A DNA stretch of 64,000 bases from Candidatus Dormiibacterota bacterium (lineage in GTDB: Bacteria; Chloroflexota; Dormibacteria; Dormibacterales; Dormibacteraceae), in assembly GCA_035280285.1 (NCBI GenBank), contig DATEGC010000077.1, forward strand, positions 1,027-65,026. The letters are read 5' to 3'. Below the pieces are notes generated by a model. That model was not told the origin of the DNA. It saw nothing but the letters and a program-made list of their open reading frames with translations, and ran no database searches. Shown piece by piece: positions 37,344 to 46,269 of the stretch. The translations under genes and the position numbers were made by a program. How positions within the stretch are numbered: the first letter of the stretch is position 1; every line of letters starts with the position of its first letter.

Positions 37344-38040
37344 AGCGGTAGCCGATTCCCGGCACGGCGAGGATGTAGTAAGGACGCGAGGGCTGCGTCT
37401 CGATCTTGCGGCGGAGGTTGCGGATGTGCACGTCGATGACGCGCGTTTCGATCGGGTACTCGTAGCCCCAGATGGAGTTCAGGATCTTCTCCCGGCTGAG
37501 CACTTTGCCGGCATTGCTCGCAAGGAACGTCAACAAGTCGAACTCAGTGTGGGTCAGCTCGACCTCTTTGCCTGACTTGTACGTCCGGCGCTCGTTCACG
37601 TCGATGACCAGGTCGCGGAACTCGAGCCGGCTGCGCATCGCCTCGGCGTTCTCTATGCGTGCACGGCGCAGGTGCGCCGCCATCCGCGCCACCAGCTCGC
37701 GCAGGCGCAGCGGCTTGGTGACGTAATCGTCGGCCCCGATCTCAAGCGCGACGACGGCGTCGATCTCGTCGGAGCGCGAGCTCATCATGATCACGGGCAC
37801 CACTGGGTCCATCTTGCGCAGCTCACGGCAGACATCGAAGCCGGCCGCGTCGGGAAGCGTGACTTCGAGCAGGACGACGTTAGGCCGCGCGTGCTCGACC
37901 TGGCGGAGGGCTTCCGAGCCGGCGTCGGCCTCCACCACCTGGTAGCCGTCTTGCTCGCACACCTGCCTGATCTCCCGGCGGGTTACTTGATCGGGCTCGA
38001 CGACCAGGACCTTGCGGGAGGACTCCGCCACAGCCATCAT
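37321..38040 (-). CDS. OmpR-family response regulator with Glu at the phospho-acceptor position (atypical, orphan)
   Basis: The receiver reads VLVVEPDQ ... NVVLLEVTLPDAAG ... DDYVTKP, with the Glu codon at 37866..37864 where the Asp is expected. Intact winged-helix output (VPGIGYRF). No adjacent kinase. Confidence 0.85.
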   Translation of the reverse strand: MMAVAESSRKVLVVEPDQVTRREIRQVCEQDGYQVVEADAGSEALRQVEHARPNVVLLEVTLPDAAGFDVCRELRKMDPVVPVIMMSSRSDEIDAVVALEIGADDYVTKPLRLRELVARMAAHLRRARIENAEAMRSRLEFRDLVIDVNERRTYKSGKEVELTHTEFDLLTFLASNAGKVLSREKILNSIWGYEYPIETRVIDVHIRNLRRKIETQPSRPYYILAVPGIGYRFTNARPA

Positions 38041-38066
38041 TCAATCCTAACGCCTCTGAAGGATTG

Positions 38067-39080
38067 TTAGGGAATGTTTCGTTTCAGGCCCCGAATGAAC
38101 GCCCTTGTTTTGCGTTCGATGGCCAGCACCCTGGCTCCGACGGGCGAGATGACCAGCTCCCATGCGCCCGCGTAGGCGACCTCCTCGCCGCCGAACTCGG
38201 CCTTGAAGAAGCCGAGGCCGTGCCACGGGTGGCTGGGGCCTGCCTTCGGTGGCGGGATCCCCCAGAGGTCGAAGTCCTTGCATCCGGCGGTGGCCGCGGC
38301 GGAGATCGCCGACCACCAGGCGAGGTCGTTGCCCATCAACTCGGGCTGCGCCCCACTCCGCCCGGCGAAAAGGCTGTAAGCGCGACCTGCGTGCCGGGCG
38401 ACGAGGACGGTGGCCAGCGGCCGGCGGGTCTGTGGCGCGTAGGCGGTGTACGTCCGGCACCAGGTGAGAGTGTTCAGCAGCAACTCGTAGTAACGCCGGT
38501 CCGGAAGGTGGATCGACACGCGACGCTCTACCGCGGCGGACTGCCGCGCCAGTTCCGCGGCCTCCTTGCCCTCCTCGACCACCACTCCTCGCTTGAGGCC
38601 GGCGCGGATGTTGTAGCGGCGGCCGTGACGGAACGTCTTCAGCAGTTCCTCGGGAGGACGCAGCAGGACGATGCGAGTGTGCTGCGGCTGCGTCGACGGC
38701 ACTGGAGTGAAACCGCGCTCTTTCATCTCCTCGCCGAAATCCTTTGGCGCATCGGGCTCCACCACCAGGCGCGCGATCCCACCAGCGCGCGCCCATGCGA
38801 CCAGCCCGTCAATGGCTTCGGGCGTGGCGGGCACGGGTCCACGAGGCACGTACGCCTCGTGCGTGCGCCGAACAGATCGGACCTGGACGCTTGCCATCGC
38901 CGAGCCCGAGGGAAAGCGAACGCGCTCGAGGTTCCATCCGGCGTGCGATTGCACCACGCCCCACGCCCACGATTGCAGCAGCGGCGCGGGAGACGCACGT
39001 TCCTCGAGCTCTACGTCCCAGCGCTGCTCGTCAGCGGTCACGGTGCATTGCCTCCAGGTGCGCAACGTCGTTGACGCCAC
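38067..39080 (-). CDS. FemAB-family peptidoglycan interpeptide-bridge aminoacyltransferase
   Basis: 337 aa; LLQSWAWG, GRRYNIRAGLK, YSLFAGRS, DLWGI, FKAEFGG are typical of FemX/FemAB proteins. Confidence 0.8.
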   Translation of the reverse strand: MASTTLRTWRQCTVTADEQRWDVELEERASPAPLLQSWAWGVVQSHAGWNLERVRFPSGSAMASVQVRSVRRTHEAYVPRGPVPATPEAIDGLVAWARAGGIARLVVEPDAPKDFGEEMKERGFTPVPSTQPQHTRIVLLRPPEELLKTFRHGRRYNIRAGLKRGVVVEEGKEAAELARQSAAVERRVSIHLPDRRYYELLLNTLTWCRTYTAYAPQTRRPLATVLVARHAGRAYSLFAGRSGAQPELMGNDLAWWSAISAAATAGCKDFDLWGIPPPKAGPSHPWHGLGFFKAEFGGEEVAYAGAWELVISPVGARVLAIERKTRAFIRGLKRNIP

Positions 39081-39645
39081 CGATCACCCAGCGTCCGCTG
39101 CGCTGCTCGATCAGTGAGATGGAGGCGTTCTGAATGCGGAATGGAAAGAGGCCGCGGCTGGCGCGACCAACTATGCGATGGAGCGCGACCTGGATCACGC
39201 CACCGTGCGTGACGACCAACACGCCGCCGTTGGGATGGCGGCGGAGGATGTCCTCGAACGCGGCCTCGACCCTGGCGTCGAAGAGCGAGGCACCCTCGCC
39301 GCCCGGCACGACGTCCCAGTCGGGCTCATCGACCCACTCCGCCCATGCTTCGGGGTAGTGAGATGCGATTTCCTCCGTGCGAAGCCCTTCCCACTCGCCG
39401 AGATAGATCTCGCGAAGCCCACTGACAGCGACCGGCTCGAGCCCGAGAGCCGCGCCGATGACTTCGGCCGTTTCGAAGGCGCGCTTCAGGTCGCTTGCGT
39501 AGAGCGCGGCGAACGCTCTGCTCGACAGGCGCGCCGCCAGCAGCACGGCCTGGCGGCGACCGTCAGCGGAGAGCGGAGGGTCGAGCTGGCCCTGAATGCG
39601 GTGCTCGCGATTCCAGGTCGACTCGCCATGACGGATGAGGACCAG
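39031..39645 (-). CDS. histidine phosphatase family protein (phosphoglycerate mutase-like)
   Basis: The catalytic RLVLIRHGESTWN (RHG at 39633..39625) is in frame upstream of the first canonical start (GTG 39546). The frame is open up to 39780. Start provisionally CTG 39645. VVTHGGVI motif downstream. Confidence 0.7.
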   Translation of the reverse strand: MVLIRHGESTWNREHRIQGQLDPPLSADGRRQAVLLAARLSSRAFAALYASDLKRAFETAEVIGAALGLEPVAVSGLREIYLGEWEGLRTEEIASHYPEAWAEWVDEPDWDVVPGGEGASLFDARVEAAFEDILRRHPNGGVLVVTHGGVIQVALHRIVGRASRGLFPFRIQNASISLIEQRSGRWVIGGVNDVAHLEAMHRDR

Positions 39646-39821
39646 GCGCGCTGGCTCGGGACGAGTCGGAAGTTGGGCCGCGTCCCCCTCGGGCTCCGGA
39701 ACCTCCGTGGTGTAGCCGACGCCGGTCTCAGGCGGCTCCGGGCGCGCGGGTCTGATCTCGGTGCCTATACTAACTTTCTCTTAGACCACGATCGGGCCCG
39801 TCCGATCTCAGGAGAAGACCG

Positions 39822-41378
39822 TTGCAATCGCACGGCACGCTCGCCGAAATTCCCCTTCGTTCGCTTTTGGAATCCGCTCAGGGTGAGCGGTCCACCGGTA
39901 CCCTTGTCGTCCGGAATGGAAATGGCGAGTCGGCCTCGCTGTACTTTCTCTTTGGGCATCTCTTTCACGCCCAGGGCAACGGGAAGTCAGGCGATGAGGC
40001 GGTGGTCAACGCGCTCCACTGGACCAAGGGCGACTTCGAGTTCGACGCCAAGGCGAAGCTGCCGGCGGATGAGACTGTCAAAGCGGGCATCCCGGAACTG
40101 GTGCACGCCGCCGACGCGGCACCAAAGCCGGCTCCCGCAGAGTACAAGCCTGAGCCGGTGGCTGAGCGACCAGTGGAGCCGTCCGCAGAGCGACCAGCGC
40201 CGCAAAACGAGCGAAAAGAGCATGCTGACTCGGAGAGAAAAGTGGAAGCACCACAACCAAGGCGTGGCGTGAAGCACCGCCCGCAGCCAAAGCATGGTCG
40301 CGAACCAATTCCGGTGCCGGCGGGCCAGATCCTGTACGACTCGCTGAAGACATCGTTTGTCGACTTCCCGCGTCTGCTGACAACGCTGGAGCGCGAAGGC
40401 TACACCGGGTACGTTCGGCTGCTGACGGACGAAGCCTCCGGACTGATCCTTTTTCGCGAAGGCTCCGCGCTGGAGTGCATGTACGACGGCGCGGCAGAGG
40501 CCAGCAGCCTCGTCCTCGGCAAGCAGGCACTGCAGCGCTTCAACGACGATGTAACCGCTGGGCACGGCGTGCTCGACGTCGTCGGTCTGTCGCCGGAGCT
40601 GATCGACGGCCTGTACGAGCTCACTGTCTCGCGGCCCATGTACACGGAGCTGTACGCCGGTTGGGTAGACATGAAGGCGCTGCTCAATTTCTTGAGCGAG
40701 CGAAAGCTGAGCGGCAGTGTGATGGTTCGCTCGGGTGGCGGTACCGGGGTGATCATTCTGGCCGCGGGTGACCTCGCGGGCGCTTACACGAGCGAGTCGC
40801 GCGACATCGCGGACAAACCCGACCGCGTCCTTGCCCTTTGTGACGACCCTAACGCGATGATCGAGGTCAAGTCCGCGGACGCGACGCCGCATCCGCCGCT
40901 CGACGTCGACGAGGTGGTTGGAGCGCGAGCGCGGCCGGCTCCGGCACCTTCGTTTTCACCACCGCCGCAGCAGCAGCCCGAGCCGGTGGCTCAGACCAAC
41001 CCCACCATTCCCGTGATGCCGACGGTACCCGTCATGACAACCATCCCCGCCGAACCGCCGACGGCGCAGATCCCCACGGGAGGATTCTCGAACTATCCCC
41101 AGCCTGGGCAGGCTGCAGTCGCGCCGACCACGCCACCGCGCCCGTCCGGCGGCCTGGACTGGACGTTGATCGTCGCCGAGCTGCAGGCGATGGCCGAAGA
41201 CGCGCTCGGAAACCGGGCACGCAAAGTGAAAGACATCCTGGGCGCCGCGGATCCATCACAGGCCGGCATCGAGGCTGCGATCGATCAGATTCCGAGCATC
41301 TCGCTCCTGTTTGTCGATTCGTCGCGCCTGGAGCAGCTGGCGCAAGAGATGAGGGCGCGGTTCAAGTCCCACTTCTAG
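39822..41378 (+). CDS. DUF4388 (PatA-N-like) domain protein with long Pro/Glu-rich linkers
   Basis: GTLAEIPLRSLLESAQGERSTGTLVV...LYFLFGHLFHA...ALHWTKGDFEF matches the DUF4388 pattern; a second related module lies around GYTGYVRLL. Confidence 0.65.
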   Translation: MQSHGTLAEIPLRSLLESAQGERSTGTLVVRNGNGESASLYFLFGHLFHAQGNGKSGDEAVVNALHWTKGDFEFDAKAKLPADETVKAGIPELVHAADAAPKPAPAEYKPEPVAERPVEPSAERPAPQNERKEHADSERKVEAPQPRRGVKHRPQPKHGREPIPVPAGQILYDSLKTSFVDFPRLLTTLEREGYTGYVRLLTDEASGLILFREGSALECMYDGAAEASSLVLGKQALQRFNDDVTAGHGVLDVVGLSPELIDGLYELTVSRPMYTELYAGWVDMKALLNFLSERKLSGSVMVRSGGGTGVIILAAGDLAGAYTSESRDIADKPDRVLALCDDPNAMIEVKSADATPHPPLDVDEVVGARARPAPAPSFSPPPQQQPEPVAQTNPTIPVMPTVPVMTTIPAEPPTAQIPTGGFSNYPQPGQAAVAPTTPPRPSGGLDWTLIVAELQAMAEDALGNRARKVKDILGAADPSQAGIEAAIDQIPSISLLFVDSSRLEQLAQEMRARFKSHF

Positions 41379-41405
41379 GCCGGGCGGTGGTAAACCCTTA
41401 ACAGG

Positions 41406-43091
41406 GTGGGTTGCGTTTCGAATTTTTCGCGCCTAGCCTCGAGCCAGGTGCGTCGGCTCGGGGGTGGGAGCCGCGGGAGGAGGGTGGGCCCGCAAACGGT
41501 ACGGCTATTTTTCGCCGTCGGGCTCGCGCTGGCCATCCTCATCCCGCTCGCCGCATGCGGCGGCGACCCGCCCCAGATCGTCGACTACTCCCCCCAACGC
41601 AACACCGTCGACGTGTCCACCGCGGCTCCGATCCGCATCACCTTCGACCACGACGTCGACCGAGCCTCGGTCGAATCACGCCTCCACCTGTCACCCCCCG
41701 CCACCGGGTCCGTGCGCTGGATCAGCGGCCGGCAGCTGTTCTACGACCACACGACCCTTCGTACCAGCACCGCGTATGAGGTGATCCTCGAACCCGGTTA
41801 CCGCGACCCGACCGGCAACACCTACACCCTGCGGCACCACTGGCGGTTCACCACGGAGAGTCCGCCGGCGTTGTTCGGGTCGAGCCCCGCCAACGGCGAC
41901 GTTGACGTCGATCCCTCGGCGTACCTGACGCTTGACTTCACTCGCGGCATGAACCCCGCAACTCTGCAGAGCGCGCTGTCCTTCAGCCCGGCGGTTCCTT
42001 TCGACGTGCGCCTCGATCCGGCCGATGCCCGCCGCGCAGTCGTCGCGCCGTCGCAGCTTCTCTCTGCGAACACGAACTATCAGCTCCTGCTCAACACGGC
42101 GGCGCTCGACGTCGACGGCAACCAGCTCGGCCGAGCCCAGCTGGTGAAATTCATCACCGGCGCCCTCCATCCGCTTCGCCACTGGGTCGCCTTCGCCACG
42201 GAAACGGCCGACGGCACGCCTGGTGGCCTCTGGATCGTCAATGAGCGGGGCTTCCCACGCGAGCTCTTCAACACGAGCGCTGTGCGCGCGTACAGCTGGT
42301 CCCCCGGAGGGGAGTCGCTCCTGATCCAGGGGCCGGACGAAGTCTGGTGGCAGTTCACCCCCGGCGCCGGCGCAACGCAGCTGCCGTTCAAGGCGCCATG
42401 GGCGGCCTCCCTGGCCAGTGGCCTGGGCTTTCTCTACATCGACGACAGGTCGACGTTGCGCAGGCAGGACACGAGCGGGAACGATGAGACCATCGCGCCG
42501 GACATTGCCGAAGCCGCCGTCGCGCCCAACGGATTGCGCATCGCGTTCATCAAGGCCACGACCAACGTCAACGAGATCTGGGGTTACGATGTCGGGCTGC
42601 GCGCCCGTTACGAGCTCGCAGTCGACTCCGGTCCGGTCAGCTCCGTGGCCTGGGCACCGGCCGGTAACCGGATCGCATACCTCCGCCACGACCTGACCTC
42701 GTCCAGCCTTCGGGTGCGCAACCTCATTGGCGCGGCGGCGACCAACACGCTTGTCAGCGGAGACATCGGCCGGCCCGCGTGGCTGCCCGACTCCACGCAC
42801 CTCGTCTTCTCGGCGGCACTGGCCACGCCTACCGGCGATGTGCGCAAGGCTTTTCTCATCAACGTCGTCTCGCCGCCCGCGGCCATCAGCCTCGCATTAG
42901 GCCTGCCCTCTGACCCCACCATCGAGGTTTCGTCGCCGGTTTCCTCCCCGGACGGTCACCAGATCGCCTTTTTGAGCGCCAACCAGGTCTGGTTGATGAA
43001 CGCCGACGGAACCCGCCCGACGGCCCTGACCAGGCAGGACCCCGCGACGTTTCCCTATTCCTGTCGCGCGGTGGCCTGGACGCCGAGCTGA
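41406..43091 (+). CDS. lipoprotein with Ig-like (SbsA/Big_5-type) domains and a TolB-like beta-propeller
   Basis: Lipobox LAAC; two repeats of the form SPxNGDVDV...ITFD; C-terminal WSP/WAP repeats (YSWSPGG, VAWAPAG, PAWLPDS, SSPDGHQIAF). Exact start uncertain. Confidence 0.65.
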   Translation: MGCVSNFSRLASSQVRRLGGGSRGRRVGPQTVRLFFAVGLALAILIPLAACGGDPPQIVDYSPQRNTVDVSTAAPIRITFDHDVDRASVESRLHLSPPATGSVRWISGRQLFYDHTTLRTSTAYEVILEPGYRDPTGNTYTLRHHWRFTTESPPALFGSSPANGDVDVDPSAYLTLDFTRGMNPATLQSALSFSPAVPFDVRLDPADARRAVVAPSQLLSANTNYQLLLNTAALDVDGNQLGRAQLVKFITGALHPLRHWVAFATETADGTPGGLWIVNERGFPRELFNTSAVRAYSWSPGGESLLIQGPDEVWWQFTPGAGATQLPFKAPWAASLASGLGFLYIDDRSTLRRQDTSGNDETIAPDIAEAAVAPNGLRIAFIKATTNVNEIWGYDVGLRARYELAVDSGPVSSVAWAPAGNRIAYLRHDLTSSSLRVRNLIGAAATNTLVSGDIGRPAWLPDSTHLVFSAALATPTGDVRKAFLINVVSPPAAISLALGLPSDPTIEVSSPVSSPDGHQIAFLSANQVWLMNADGTRPTALTRQDPATFPYSCRAVAWTPS

Positions 43092-44320
43092 GCCCGCGCC
43101 ACCACGTCCTCGAACAGATCCTGCAGCCGGTCCGCGGTGCGGGTCCACGAGAAGCGTTGCGCCAGGAGGCGGCCGCGCCGTCCCATCTGCTGAGCTAGCT
43201 CCGGGTCGTCGAGCAGCCGGCCGATCCGCGCTGCATACAGCGGCGCTTCGGGGCCGTCGATGAGATAGCCGCTCACCTCGTCGCGGACCACTGACCGCAG
43301 GCCGGACACCCCCGATCCGACGATTGGCCGGCCGCACGCCTGCGCTTCCAGTCCCACCAGTCCGAACGACTCGCTGTAGGAAGGCATCACGCACACGTCG
43401 GCCGCCGAGTAGAAGTACGGCAACTCGTGGTGCGCGACCGACCCGAGAAAATCCACGCGATCGCGTACGCCCGCCTCGGAGGCGATCCCCTTCAGGCGCT
43501 CCTTCTCGCTCTCGGCGTCGTCCTCGCTGTCCTCGCCAAGAATCACCAGGCGCACGTCCTCGTGGTCGCCGTCGCGGATGAGAGCAAGGGCGCGGATCGC
43601 GATCTCGACGCCTTTGAGACGCTCGAGCCGGCCGACGAACAAAAGCAATCGGCCAGACTCATAACCGATCTTCCGCCGCGCTTCCGCGCGGTCGATCGGC
43701 CGGAACATCGCGAGGTCCACGCCTGGCGGGACTACAACCACGCGCTCGGGGTCGGCGCCGTAGGAGTGCACAAGCTCGGCGCTTTCATCCGCCGTCGATG
43801 CGATGAGGAGGTCGGCCTGCTGCGCGATCTCGCCCTCGACGCGGATCCGAAGGGCGGGTTCCGGTCGAGCCCCGGCCGCAAGCGTTCGGTTCTTGACCAG
43901 CCCCAAAGTGTGAGCGATGTGCGCCCATCCGGCGGCGAGTTGTGGCCGCAGGACGCAGGCGACCTCGCCGGAGAGCCAGTAGTGCGAGAACAGCAAGTCA
44001 TAGACAAGGGCTTCCCGAGCGGCGAAAGCGAGGATGCGCGAGGCAAACCCCGGAACCTCGTTGTACAGCGAATACTTGTCCAGGCCCGGTCCTGCAGGAA
44101 GGTAGATCACGCGCGAGAGTGCAGCGAGGGGCTCGACGTCCGGATCGTCCGGCGACTGCTTGCGAGTGAAGATGTCCGTCGCAATGCCACGCTCACTGAA
44201 CGCGGTCGCTACTTCGTGGACGTACACGTTGAGCCCGCCGTTGGCGTTCCGGCCCAGAGAGGCCGTGGGCGAAGTGTGCATGGAGATGACCGCGATCCGC
44301 CGTGGGCTGCGGTCGGACAT
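43055..44320 (-). CDS. family 4 glycosyltransferase (MshA-like)
   Basis: Start at ATG 44320 (MSDRSPRRIAVISMHTSP). GGLNVYV, and an EX7E region (SYSESFGLVGLEAQACG). Confidence 0.85.
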   Translation of the reverse strand: MSDRSPRRIAVISMHTSPTASLGRNANGGLNVYVHEVATAFSERGIATDIFTRKQSPDDPDVEPLAALSRVIYLPAGPGLDKYSLYNEVPGFASRILAFAAREALVYDLLFSHYWLSGEVACVLRPQLAAGWAHIAHTLGLVKNRTLAAGARPEPALRIRVEGEIAQQADLLIASTADESAELVHSYGADPERVVVVPPGVDLAMFRPIDRAEARRKIGYESGRLLLFVGRLERLKGVEIAIRALALIRDGDHEDVRLVILGEDSEDDAESEKERLKGIASEAGVRDRVDFLGSVAHHELPYFYSAADVCVMPSYSESFGLVGLEAQACGRPIVGSGVSGLRSVVRDEVSGYLIDGPEAPLYAARIGRLLDDPELAQQMGRRGRLLAQRFSWTRTADRLQDLFEDVVARAQLGVQATARQE

Positions 44321-44494
44321 TAGATGAGTTGCGTCAGCCACGGTATGCCGATCTCGCGTCAAGCCAGCGCCTGGTAACGCAGCAGAAGCCGGAACGAGAG
44401 ACCGGCGAGCAAGAGCCCACAACCACATAAACCTACGCGGCCAGGAGGTATTCCCGCCAAGCCGGCGCTTCCCGGCTGGATATGATTTGGCTGG

Positions 44495-45073
44495 ATGCGC
44501 CTGATCAACAGAAGATCCTCCTTGGGACTGCTTCTGGCCTTGGGGATTCCGGGGCTGTTCACCCTCACCGCCCTCACCACGCTGGCGGACACATCGCCGT
44601 CACCGGGCGCCAGCCCGAGCGCGACTCTCCCCGGCGACCCGGCCAAGGGCGCCACCCTGTACGCCCAGAACTGCACGACCTGCCACGGAGCAAGCCTGGA
44701 GGGCGGCATCGGGCCGGCGCTCAATCCGATCGAGAAGCTGCCGGGTGTGTCGAATTCCCTCGATCCGACATTTCTCATCGACATCATCACGAATGGCCGG
44801 AACCCACAGGCTGGCGATCCGCGACAGACCGCGATGCCGGCGAAGGGCGGCAACCCGAAGCTGGCCGACCAAGACGTGAAGGACCTTGCCGCCTACATCA
44901 TCGAGCAGAACTCTATGCCGCCCGGTAGCGCACCACTCTCGCCGGGTGAGCTCGCAAAGCGCACCATCCTTTGGGTGAGCATCGGCATCATCGCGCTGGC
45001 CTTCATCACTTACCTGCTCGCTACGTACAACATGCGATGGATCGCGCGCCGCGCGGCAGCGCGACACAAGTAG
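44495..45073 (+). CDS. membrane-anchored class I cytochrome c
   Basis: Signal peptide, haem motif CTTCH, distal Met (QTAMPAKGG), C-terminal TM anchor (ILWVSIGIIALAFITYLLA). Confidence 0.8.
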   Translation: MRLINRRSSLGLLLALGIPGLFTLTALTTLADTSPSPGASPSATLPGDPAKGATLYAQNCTTCHGASLEGGIGPALNPIEKLPGVSNSLDPTFLIDIITNGRNPQAGDPRQTAMPAKGGNPKLADQDVKDLAAYIIEQNSMPPGSAPLSPGELAKRTILWVSIGIIALAFITYLLATYNMRWIARRAAARHK

Positions 45074-46269
45074 CCTCAGCGGGCACCGCACCGCCGCTCT
45101 ACCCCACTCCCGTTGGCGGCTCGCCCCGAGTCCTGATTCTGTTCAGCGACACGGGCGGCGGTCACCGCGCCGCGGCCCGCGCCCTGACCGACGCGCTCAA
45201 GCTGCTCGACCCGTCCTGCGTGGTGACCGTCGCCGACCCGCTCATCGGGCAAGGGCCGCTGGTGGTGCGCCGGCTCGCGTCGCTCTACTTGCCGGTGATC
45301 AGCCGCTCCCGCGCGGCATGGGGCGCCGTCTATCACTCGAGCAACACGCAGCCGACCTTTGCAGCGATCCGGGCGGTGTTCGGACCTCCAGTGCGGAGAG
45401 TGCTGCGCCAGCTGCTGCAGCGGCACGATCCCGACGTCGTTTTGTCGGTGCATCCCCTCCTCAACCACGTCGCGCACCAAGCCATACGCAAGAGTGGACG
45501 ACCGCGCGCCCTCATGACCGTGATCACCGACCTGGTCGACTTCCACCGCGGCTGGACGTTCAGCCAGGCGGACCTGGTAGTTGCCCCCACGGAGGGGGCG
45601 CGGAGGGTCGCGCTGAGGCGTCGCGTGCCGCCTGCCCGGGTGAGGCTCCTTGGCCTGCCCGTCGACCTCCGGTTCCGGCCGCCTGCGCCTGGTGAGAAAG
45701 AGGCGCTGCGCCGCCGCTTCGGCCTTGACGAGCACCGATTCACGGTCCTGGTCATGGGAGGCGCGGCCGGCGTAGGTCACCTCGCAGCTCAGGTTCGGGA
45801 GCTGGCCCTCGAGCCGCATCCGTGGCAGCTCGCCGTCGTGTGCGGGCGCAACGAGAAGCTGCGCCGTCGCCTGGCCGAGCTGGAGGTCGCGACACCGATG
45901 CTGGTGCTCGGCTTCGTGGACTACATGCCGGAGCTCATGCGCGCGTGCGACCTCGTGGTCACGAAAGCAGGTCCCGGCGCGATCGCCGAGTCACTGGCGA
46001 CAGGCCTTCCCCTCGTGATCACGGGCTTTCTGCCCGGTCAGGAGACCCCAAACGTCGAGTTCGTGGTCGCGTCTCGCATCGGCGCCTTCGCGCCGAAAGA
46101 GTCGGACCTGCTCGATGAGGTCCGGGTGATGGCGGAAGGCGGTCCGACATGGCGTGAGATGTCGCGCAACGCGGAGGAGCTCGCCCATCCGTACGCCTCT
46201 TCCGATATCGCCCGTGAGTGCCTGCTGCTCGCCGCCCGCTACAGGGCCTCGGTGCAAGCGAGCCTGTAG
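45037..46269 (+). CDS. family 28 glycosyltransferase (MGDG synthase / UgtP-like)
   Basis: RVLILFSDTGGGHRAAARAL N-terminal signature and C-terminal VTKAGPGAIAESLATGLPLV. ATG 45037 overlaps the cytochrome c gene end by 37 nt. Confidence 0.8.
   Translation: MDRAPRGSATQVASAGTAPPLYPTPVGGSPRVLILFSDTGGGHRAAARALTDALKLLDPSCVVTVADPLIGQGPLVVRRLASLYLPVISRSRAAWGAVYHSSNTQPTFAAIRAVFGPPVRRVLRQLLQRHDPDVVLSVHPLLNHVAHQAIRKSGRPRALMTVITDLVDFHRGWTFSQADLVVAPTEGARRVALRRRVPPARVRLLGLPVDLRFRPPAPGEKEALRRRFGLDEHRFTVLVMGGAAGVGHLAAQVRELALEPHPWQLAVVCGRNEKLRRRLAELEVATPMLVLGFVDYMPELMRACDLVVTKAGPGAIAESLATGLPLVITGFLPGQETPNVEFVVASRIGAFAPKESDLLDEVRVMAEGGPTWREMSRNAEELAHPYASSDIARECLLLAARYRASVQASL

Noticed and set aside
38047-39074. 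Alternative ORFs 38047..38796 (-) and 38064..39074 (+) over the FemAB-family gene
   Set aside because: They are frame shadows with Arg/Pro/Gly-rich products. The 38067..39080 frame carries the FemAB family motifs.
39987-42800. Long minus-strand ORFs 39987..40892 and 41691..42800
   Set aside because: They are antisense to the DUF4388 and lipoprotein genes, whose products show domain-like patterns. The antisense products are Arg-rich low complexity.
44321-44494. 174-bp spacer upstream of the cytochrome c gene with an imperfect hairpin (CCAAGCCGG...CCGGCTGG)
   Set aside because: The stem has a bulge and no conserved features. I found no support for a riboswitch or sRNA, so it is most simply a promoter/leader region.
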